From a virus (lineage: Duplodnaviria > Caudoviricetes): a DNA stretch of 64,000 bases. The position numbers and the translations under genes were made by a program. This document shows positions 8,625 through 17,200 of this stretch, in pieces. Numbering within the stretch: the first letter of the stretch is position 1; the number at the start of each line of letters is the position of its first letter. Where the stretch lies: IMG/VR virus record IMGVR_UViG_2918748958_000001, positions 3,083 through 67,082 of that record; one strand, given 5' to 3'. The notes beneath the pieces were generated by a model, which had not been told where the DNA came from, did not search any database, and saw only the letters and a list, made by a program, of their open reading frames with translations.

Positions 8625-9203
8625 TTAATACTTTGACGCGGTGCGGGGAGTGTCGTCAGGCGTTGCAAGCAACGCCCGATCGTTGTAGACGGTGCCGAGT
8701 AATAAACTCACTTCAGCATCTCGGCCTTCAACAACAAGTCGACCTCGCTCAAGTAGCTCTCGACCTCGCGCAGCCAGTTCTCCGAGGACCGCGGATCGAT
8801 CCGCGACACGCTGGCAGGCAGCGGGGTCGCCTGCGGCTTGGTCCCAATCACGGGCGGCGAAGGCGACGAATTGCTGGCGCACCCGCTCAGCATCGCCAGC
8901 AGCAGCGCGGCGGCGTCTATCGAGTGCGGCCATCTTCTTTTCGTAGGCATTGACGTTTTCCTCTTGAGCTTTGGCATGGGCAGCCTGCAACGCGAGCACG
9001 CGCTGCAGGTCTTGAAGCGCGGCAAGCGCGCGGCGGGTGTTCTCGGCCTCACGGTCGAGCTTTTCATCGGAGACCGCCTTCTGTGCCTTGGACACCTCGG
9101 CCATCGCCTTGAGTACCTGCGTGCGCTCAATGCCCGCCACGCTCAACCCAGCAACTAGCCCGATGCCGAACAGCCATAGCAATGGCGTTCTGAGATCGGG
9201 CAT
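8625..9203 (-). CDS. rz: i-spanin (Rz-like)
   Basis: N-terminal TM segment (LLWLFGIGLVAGLSVAG) then a coiled coil; follows the endolysin and contains a nested lipoprotein gene. Confidence 0.85.
   Translation of the reverse strand: MPDLRTPLLWLFGIGLVAGLSVAGIERTQVLKAMAEVSKAQKAVSDEKLDREAENTRRALAALQDLQRVLALQAAHAKAQEENVNAYEKKMAALDRRRRAAAGDAERVRQQFVAFAARDWDQAAGDPAACQRVADRSAVLGELAARGRELLERGRLVVEGRDAEVSLLLGTVYNDRALLATPDDTPRTASKY
8708..8950 (-). CDS. rz1: o-spanin (Rz1-like lipoprotein), embedded out of frame in rz
   Basis: MPTKRRWPHSIDAAALLLAMLSG-C lipobox followed by a Pro-rich linker. Confidence 0.8.
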   Translation of the reverse strand: MPTKRRWPHSIDAAALLLAMLSGCASNSSPSPPVIGTKPQATPLPASVSRIDPRSSENWLREVESYLSEVDLLLKAEMLK

Positions 9204-9253
9204 CACCACCACCTCCACCAGCGAGCCAACATCGCCCAGATGATCGGATTCAT
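9203..9253 (-). CDS. 16-aa Trp-rich peptide between endolysin and Rz
   Basis: GGAGG RBS; ATG overlaps the endolysin stop and the TGA overlaps the Rz ATG (TGATG); MNPIIWAMLARWWRWW. Confidence 0.55.
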   Translation of the reverse strand: MNPIIWAMLARWWRWW

Positions 9254-9804
9254 GTGAGGCCTCCAATGCAATACCGCGTCTCGTCGGCGCGCCGGTTCGC
9301 CAGGCCATGCACGAAGATGAAAACCTTCGCGCCAGTCTTCGGGTCAACTTGGCTGGTGAAGCTCCAGACCAGCTGGCCATCGTCGCCGCGGCTCAAGCGC
9401 TGGCAGCCGCGCGCCCAGTCGCCACGGTTCCATGCGGCCATCGCTCCACTGTTGCAGGTGGACGGTGTACCGAAGTTCCAGGCATGGCTGCTGCCGGCAT
9501 CGAACACATCTTGCGGGGGTAAGCGCTTGAAGCACTGTGCGAGCTGCAACTGCACGCGCGCGACTGCGACGCGCTCCTCGCTCTCACATTTCTCAGCGCT
9601 CCAGCGCTCGCCCACGATGATTGGCGTCGAAGTGATGTGACGGGTCAGGCCCTTGCAGACCGTGGGGATGCCACCGGCCAGCTTGTCCGCGTAGACGACG
9701 AACTGCTTTTCCCCCTCCCACTTACCGAGCAAGCCAAGCAGCCCGGCGCTGGCCAGCAGCAGCGAACCAGCGAGGTGCGGAAAGTAGCGCCGCTCGCCGG
9801 TCAC
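9250..9804 (-). CDS. endolysin, T4-lysozyme-like (GH24), probable SAR anchor
   Basis: E...D...T motif (WEGEKQFVVYADKLAGGIPTVCKG), GLANRRADE near the C-terminus, and an Ala/Gly/Leu-rich N-terminal hydrophobic segment. Confidence 0.9.
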   Translation of the reverse strand: MTGERRYFPHLAGSLLLASAGLLGLLGKWEGEKQFVVYADKLAGGIPTVCKGLTRHITSTPIIVGERWSAEKCESEERVAVARVQLQLAQCFKRLPPQDVFDAGSSHAWNFGTPSTCNSGAMAAWNRGDWARGCQRLSRGDDGQLVWSFTSQVDPKTGAKVFIFVHGLANRRADETRYCIGGLT

Positions 9805-10103
9805 AGCAAATCCTCCAGCGGCGTCCGGTCGGATTCGCTTGCAATGGGCCGACCGGTGCGGCGCATCAGCTCCATGCGAAGCTTGCGCTCCTCGGATCGT
9901 AGCGCCGCGTCGTCAGTCTGCCGACGGTCGGCCTTGGCCTTGTAGTACCAGTTCACGGCCAAGCCTGCGACGGCGACAAAGAGACCGACAACTACGGTGA
10001 ACTCGGACGATGCGAGCCAGCCGAGGATCGATGTGGCAGCGCCGCCATAGGTGGACTTCGAGGCAACGGTGGTGACAGCGGCTTCGATGGCTTCTTTTTC
10101 CAT
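9801..10103 (-). CDS. holin
   Basis: 100 aa with TM segments and a highly charged C-terminal tail; GTGA overlap with the endolysin start. Confidence 0.8.
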   Translation of the reverse strand: MEKEAIEAAVTTVASKSTYGGAATSILGWLASSEFTVVVGLFVAVAGLAVNWYYKAKADRRQTDDAALRSEERKLRMELMRRTGRPIASESDRTPLEDLL

Positions 10104-10133
10104 GAAGCCATGCTGCCGAGCCGCGGCAGCTCG

Positions 10134-10151
10134 GTCGAACCCCACAGGGGG
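10134..10151 (-). promoter_or_regulatory. late-module motif, copy 1
   Basis: Plus strand GTCGAACCCCACAGGGGG, 31 nt upstream of the holin ATG. Confidence 0.65.
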
Positions 10152-10314
10152 CTGCAACTCGACCGCTGCGCTGCCCGTGTACGAGCATCAATAGGACTAA
10201 CATCGAACAGACCGCCAGTCCGAACTTCTCTGTCCCGACGTGCAACGTCAATGAAGCATCGCGACTAAACGAATCGTCAGCTAGATGCGCTAGGGTCGCC
10301 CCCGGCGCCGGCCT

Positions 10315-11103
10315 TCAGATACTCATCCCTCCGCCGGGAGGCAAAGGCAGCGTCCCACCAGTCGATTGCATGTATCCGATGCCTTTCTCCCACCAGCCAT
10401 ACATCTCTTGCGCGAACTTTGCGACCTTCGATCCCTTGTCTGCAACTTCAGCAATTCGAGTGAGGACCTCGAGCCCTTTTGTGACCGCTGTTTTGGTTGG
10501 CTCGTTGGAGCCTTTCAGCATATCGTCGTCCAGTCGCTTTTCGCTGATCACTTCTCCTACCGCTGTATGCACGGCCTCTCGAATAGGTGAAACGCCTTGG
10601 ATCTTGTACAACTGCAAGGAAACTCTGAGAGCATTGGCGTGCCGCTGAAGCATTTCCTTCATTGCAGGTGGGATGGCTGGATCCTGAAGTCGTTCGTCCT
10701 GCGCGGCCAGGTCTACAAGCAACTTTTCGAACGTGGCAGCATCAATGTCGTTTTCATTGAATTTCTCAAGCGCCCAACTTGCCCAGCGAAGCGTCTGCAG
10801 CATCGGCTCTGAGCCTGCATTTTTGTGGTTTGCCCACGTCGATGCGAGTTGAATGGGACTGAACGAGTTCCGTAGGATCGAGGCATAGCGATCGAACAGT
10901 TGCGGCGGCGCCCCGAGCTGGGAGAGCTTCAATTGCGCTTGCCTAATTTCACCCAGAAACGCCTGCACTGCCGCAAATACCATTTCATTCCCTTCCTCAG
11001 TCGAAGGCGCCTCAAGGAAGCTTGACCAAAGGGCGGTCAGCGTGGCGCCCGCGTTGTTATTGAAGGTCTCAACCACTCTCAGAAGGCGGGATGCAGAGTT
11101 CAT
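10315..11103 (-). CDS. accessory (moron) protein, unknown function
   Basis: 262-aa helical protein, visibly lower GC than its flanks, between the polyvalent protein and holin. Confidence 0.8.
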   Translation of the reverse strand: MNSASRLLRVVETFNNNAGATLTALWSSFLEAPSTEEGNEMVFAAVQAFLGEIRQAQLKLSQLGAPPQLFDRYASILRNSFSPIQLASTWANHKNAGSEPMLQTLRWASWALEKFNENDIDAATFEKLLVDLAAQDERLQDPAIPPAMKEMLQRHANALRVSLQLYKIQGVSPIREAVHTAVGEVISEKRLDDDMLKGSNEPTKTAVTKGLEVLTRIAEVADKGSKVAKFAQEMYGWWEKGIGYMQSTGGTLPLPPGGGMSI

Positions 11104-11208
11104 CAGGAAGCTCTTTTGATCGAATTTCGGAACTGGTGCTGCTCGGTGTAGAGCTTTACTTCCAGGAACGTAGCATATCCTTTCGAATACTCTTGGATGC
11201 CGGCGCCT

Positions 11209-14200
11209 TCACAGCTCCTCGGCGCGATTCGAGTCTTCCCGTATTCGGGCACGTATCGCCCGCGGCGCCGTGTCCGCGATCCGCTCATCCTTTGTCTTTC
11301 GCATTTCTCGCACGCGCCGCATAACGTCGGGAATGCGGATCTGCATCGGCAGGTCGGGGTTCTTCTGATTCCACGCAACAACCTTGTCACGTGCCGCCCG
11401 CACCTTGTCCTGGCCGCCTTCGAAAATGCCTTGCGCCCACAGCGTGCGAATCTCCTGGGCACGCAGGTTGTAAAAGGCCTTCGCGCCCTGGCTGATGCGG
11501 TTGGCTTCTTGGATGGTCGCCACACTGTTGGGCTGGAAACCAATGCTTTTCAACGCGGCCTCCAGCGTGTTCGTGTCCAGCACCTTGTAGCCCTTGGCGT
11601 CGCGGTACATGCCGGTCGCGGCCATGTCCGCGCCCTTGGCCGCATTGCGCACAGCCGCTGGCGACATCTCCAGCAGCCCGGCACCCATGTCGCCGGTGAG
11701 CACGCTGCGGCCGCCCGACAGGATACGGCTGGCGAAGTCACCCGCCGGCCCCGCAATCTCGAGCACGTCGCGCGCATGGCTAGTCTTCTCCAGCAGCAGG
11801 CCCGTGCCCGGGATAAGGTTGCCCATACCCAGCCGGCCGGACACATCAAGCGGCGCGCCCGGCAGGCCGCTCACGCCCTTGTCGATGAACTGAGCGATGC
11901 CCCGCGGCAGGAACCCTTCGAGGAACTCCTGGCGCGCCTTCTTCGTCGAGAAGTTGTAACCAAGCATCTGTGCCAGCGCATCGGCCACGTCCTCGAGATC
12001 TTCGGCGAACGGCAGGCCCCCGGCGCCGCCCATCAACATGAGCATGGCCAGCGCCAGCAGCACGGCGCGCTTTCCCTCCGGGCCACCCTGCGTGTACATC
12101 CGGTGCAGCAGCTCCAGATAGTCAACGGAGTAGGTCTTGAAGGTCATCAGCGTGCCACCGACCGCTCCACGCGCCCATTCCATCTTGTTGGCCTTGCTAT
12201 AGAGGAACTGCGTTTCCGTGATGGCCTTGCGAGCGAAGGCGGCCGGGTCAGCGATGTCCTGGGCCTTCGCCGTGCGGTATGCCGCGATGAAAGTGATGCG
12301 CCGGTTCAACTGCTCGGCGGCACCGAACAGCTTTCCCCAAGCCAGAGACAGGCGGGACATCGCGTTTTGCCCCAGCGCCCGCAGGTCGCCGCCGCGCGTG
12401 CCGTCGCCGGAGCGTAGCGAGCTGGCGCCGCGCGCCTGCGCCATCAGTTGGTGCACCTCTTGCGGGCTCACGGTGCCCTCGTCCTCGGCGCGTTTGAGCG
12501 CCGCGGCGAGATCCGGTTCGTACTCGAAGCCGCGCGTGGCGATGTTCTTCGCGGCTCGGCCGATCTGCGCGGCCGCCGCGCGCGCGCCGCCGTGCTGGCT
12601 CAGCCACGGGAAAGTGACTGCCAGTGGCTGGCTCATGTTCACGAACGCCGAAGCCACTGAGCCACCGAGGTACTGGGCGAACAGCAGGCCGCGCAAAACT
12701 TGGGCCTCTTCTTGAGGATTCTTCACGTACTCGGCCAGGCGCACGGCGGCGTCCTTGAGCTCGCCCTGCTCCTTCGGGATGGCGTTCACCGCCGCGCCCA
12801 GGTCGCCCATGTGCAGGCCGGCGGCAGTCTGCCGCGCGTTGCTGTAGATGAAAGCGGCGAGCACGCGGCCCACGTCCTCGCTGAAGCCCGCGATGCCCTT
12901 GCGATGGATTAGCCGGCGCATGGCGCTGCGGTTAGTCTTCGTGAGCCGCAGATATTCCTGAAAGGCCTGGTCCTGCGCACTGTCGCCGGTCGAGTCGAGT
13001 CCGAGCGCATTGCCGAACAGTTCGAGCGTTTCCGGCGTGACGCCGGCGAAGAGCTTGAACGCCTCCTCCGACAGCGTGCCTTGGCTGACGGCGGCCTCAC
13101 CGAACTCCTCGCGCATGCGGGCCGCCATGGTGTTGGCCTCCCGCGCGGTCTCGAAGAGCCCGAAGTATTGGCGCTGGCCAGCGGCGTCCACCACATCGAC
13201 GGAATAGCGGCCAAAACGCGACAGAGGCGCGTAGCCGCGGATTTGAAGGTCGCGCACCTTGTCCGCGCGGTCGATCACCCCGTTGGCGGTGTTCAGCAGC
13301 TGCGTGGCGCGATCCGGCATATCGTTGGAGAGCTGCACCAGATGGTCGCGCAGCAGAACGGCGGCCGTCTGCGCATCGGGCGCATCCATGACCACATCGC
13401 GCAGTCCCTTGGCTTCCTCGCCCACGAAGCGCAGCATGTCGGCGCGCGCCATCGTGTCCAGGCTACGGTCAGTGGCCTCTCGGAACTCGCGATAGAGAGC
13501 CCGCTGGTCATCCGTGAGGTTGAACATGGACCGCAGCTCCGCATCAGTCCAGACCACACCAGGTTGCAGCATGCGTGACTCGAAGCGCGTGTTGATCGCC
13601 TTCTCGTAGGACTCCAGGGGCATGCCCTGCCAGGCCTTCATCATCCGCTCGTCGAGCATTCCGTTGCGCAGCAGGCGCTGGGCCTTTTGGTCGGTCGACA
13701 ACTCGGCGGCCGCATCGATGAGGCTCTGAACCTGCACCGGCTTGCCCTGCTCGTCGCGCGCCCACGTGAGCGTGCCTTCGAACACCGGCTTGGCCACGGC
13801 GGCCTTGTCGGCTGCCGAGACGGGCGCCTTCTTGATGTCGCGCCACGTCTCAAGTTTCGGCAGCAGCTTGGGCGCCAGCTCGGCTGCGGCGTTGGCGTAG
13901 TAACTCACGTCATCCACGAAGCCCTGAGCCGAATCGAATACCGACTTGAACGCCGGCGAGCGCTCCGCCAAGTTGTACATGGTGCCGACCGACTTGTGCC
14001 ACCACGACAGCTTGCCGGGCACGTTGAAGGCCTTGTTGAGTTCGGCAGTCGCCTTTTTTGCAAACCGCTGCACCGTGGACCGGCTGAACCGGATGTCCGA
14101 GTCACTGGCATCGAATTCACCGTTCCAGTGCCCGAAGTTTGCGACGCCTTTTTCGTTCACGGCGATGGGAGCGTCCAGGCTGTTGGTCGCGGCAGAGCCG

Positions 14201-17200
14201 GCATCGCGGCTGAAGCGCAGCCCTTCGCCGGGACCGCCATCCGGCCCGCCCTGCTCGACGAAACGTCGTGCCGGCAAGATGAAATTGCGCACGATCTCGT
14301 CATCCGTCATGCGCAGGTTCCTGAAGCCCGGCACGTGCTGGCGCAGCCAAGTGCGGATCGCGGCGATGGCGCGGCGCACAAAGTGCAGCTCGGGGTGGGT
14401 CTGCGCCATTTCCGCCAGCACCTCCTCCGCCGCTGCGCGCCGGTCCAGCTTGTTGACGCCGCGCAGCCCATACTCCTTGATCTTCGCGTCGACATCGGCG
14501 CGGCGCATCGTGCCGATCTGATCCAGCACCCCGTCCAGCTCCTTGCCGAACTGGCCGCGCAAGCCGTGGTGGCCGAGCACTTCATGGAAGAGGACGCGCG
14601 CTGCATCGTTCGCCGTGGGCAGCCGGGACGCCATCAGGTAGGCCTTGCCACGGTAGTAGAAGCCCTCCGGCGCACCGCGCGCGCCGCCGCTGCGCTGTTT
14701 GAGGTCGGCGCGGCGGGCTGCATCTGGCACCACCGGGTCACCCATGTCGAAAGCGACCACGATGTCCGGCGAATTTCCCCACCCGGCTCGGATGGCATCG
14801 ACGGTCTTCTGCACCGACGCGACCGCTTGCATGCGCGCCTGAGGCGAGTAGGTCGGGCGGCTGAGGGCGCGCATCGCGTTCGCGACGGCCGTCGGTAGTT
14901 CGGCGGTGCCGTCGTCGGAGCGACGGAACAACGCGATGTTGTTGCCCTCTCCCTCCCTCGTCTGGATCACGGACACCAAACGGTCGAGCGCCTGGTTGAT
15001 GGCAACGCGCTCGGCGCCGTGCGGGAACGGTCGCTTCACGCCCCAGGGCGTCGGGATGCCGACGTTCTCCGGTCCGTAGTTGAGGAACGGGCTCACGCCG
15101 CCGCGTTCGGCGATACGGTCCTCGACGTAGCCTTGAAAGGCACGCGCAGCCATCTCGTGCGGCGTCGTCCAGTAGTCTGCGCCCCGGCCCTGGTCGAGCT
15201 CCTTCGCGTCCATTGCGAACTGCGTGGGCACCATGCGGGTCTTCTCGCTGCCCGACTGGGCCTCCGCCAGCATCTTGAGACGGCTGGCATACAGCTGAAT
15301 TTCGCTTCGCAGTCGGTCGAGCGATCCGTTGCCGTCGGACTGAAATCCGCTGCGGCCACGCACGGCCTTCGCGATCACGTTGATCTGCTCGAGCGCGTCG
15401 TTCGTCCAGCGCACTCCAGAGAGCACGCCTCGGCCCTTGCTCTCGACCCGCATGTCCAACGCCTGGCCGTCGAGGATGCGCTGGGCCACGGTGTCGAACT
15501 CGGCCAACTGCTCCGCGCTGGCCGGCTTGTTGTTCCGCTTGAAGTAGCGCGTGTCGAGCTGCTGCGCGAGGCCTGCGCGGAGTTCAGCAAGCCGACGCTC
15601 AACGCCTTCGCGAGCCCGCGCCACGAATCGATCAGCCTGGGCCGTTTCGTCGACGTAGCCCTCCGCCTTCCTCGCGATGGTGCGCATCAGGCTCTCGTAG
15701 GCCTCCCGCACTTCCGCGCGCACGCCTGAACGCTCGCCGCGCAGACCGCCGCTCGCCGCTTCGCGCTCGAAAGAGTTGCTGATCGTCAGCGAGCGTGTGC
15801 CATCCTTGTCGATCACCCATTCCGCCGACGCCTTGCCGTCCTGGCGGCCGAAGTAGTGGTCCATCGCGTGGAACCATTCATGCGCCAGCGAGCCAGCCCC
15901 GTTCATCTTGGTGAGGTTGATGACCGCCTTCTCAGGCTCGTAGTGCGCGCGCGCTCCGCTCAGGCCGCTGCCACGCGCACCGAAGGCCAGCGCCAGCTCG
16001 CCGTTCAGGCTGATCGCGCGCGGCGGGATGCCCATCACCTCGGCGAGATCCAGCAGGCCGTCGTAGGCATCGTTGAGCAACTGCTGGCGGTCAGACTGGT
16101 TGTTCCAGTTGCCGAATTCCACGCCTCGGAAACCGAAGGTGCCACCGAAGTCGCCGTCCTTCACATCGCCCTTGCGACGTTCGACGCCGACACGCTGTTC
16201 GCTGGCGGGCCGCGGCAAATCAGCTTCACCGAAGGTGGTGTTCGTCTCGATGATGGTCTGGGCGTTCTCGGCCATGTAGCGCAGCGCATCCTCGCGGTTT
16301 TCGAAGGTTTGATCGACCACCTTCACGCGCTTGCGGTCGGTCACGTCGCGCCAGATCTCGAACTTGCCGTCGCGCGTCGACGTCACGCGGTGCTTCAGGC
16401 TGACTGCCGCCAGCGGAATGGCTGCTTCGGCCGCCTCGCGTGTAGCGAAGTTGTCGCGCCCCACCTGTCGCGGCTGCTTCATGAAGTCCAGCGAGCGCGT
16501 GTCGCGAATGACCCAGCGGCCCTCGTCAGAAGCGTTTCGGCTCTTCGCGACCTGCGACACCTGGAAGCGGCGCGCCCATGCCGGGCGCTCATCCTTCGGC
16601 ACCGCGGTCGTGCGTGCGCCAGTCTTCTCCACGCGGTCCTTCCGGGCGCCGCCGATCTTTTCGCCGAAGTCCACGATCTTCTCGTCGCGCTGAGCCGCCT
16701 CGACAGGCACTGGCGGCAACTCGGGGCTCTCGACAGACTGGGACGCGGGCGCGGTGGACGCCGGCGGCCCCATCCGGCCTGCTGGCCCAGTCTTCATAGC
16801 GCTCGCGTCAGGCTGCGTGCTATGCGTACGTGTATCGGCGTCGGGCATATCCTCAAACGTCGCCGGGCCGATCTTGCGCACCTCTCGAACGGTCACGCTC
16901 CAGCGCCCCTCGCTGTCGGGCTTCTGATAGCTGATGACCCTATCGAAGCCGCCGTAGCCGCGCACGACATTGCCGGGCGTGAAGTAGGCCGCCCGGGCCT
17001 CTTCGGCTTCGCGCGCGGCGCGCACAGCCTTCGTCTCGCGCTGAACTTTCGCCTTCTGCATCTTCGCCAGCACGCCGCGGGCAGGCTTGGCACCCGGTTG
17101 CAGGCTCGGCGACAGCGCCTTCTTGAAGCGGCCCGCCGCCAGGCCAGCCTTGAACTCGTCCACCGACATGGCGGCGATCGGACTGACCTTCCAGTCGGCG

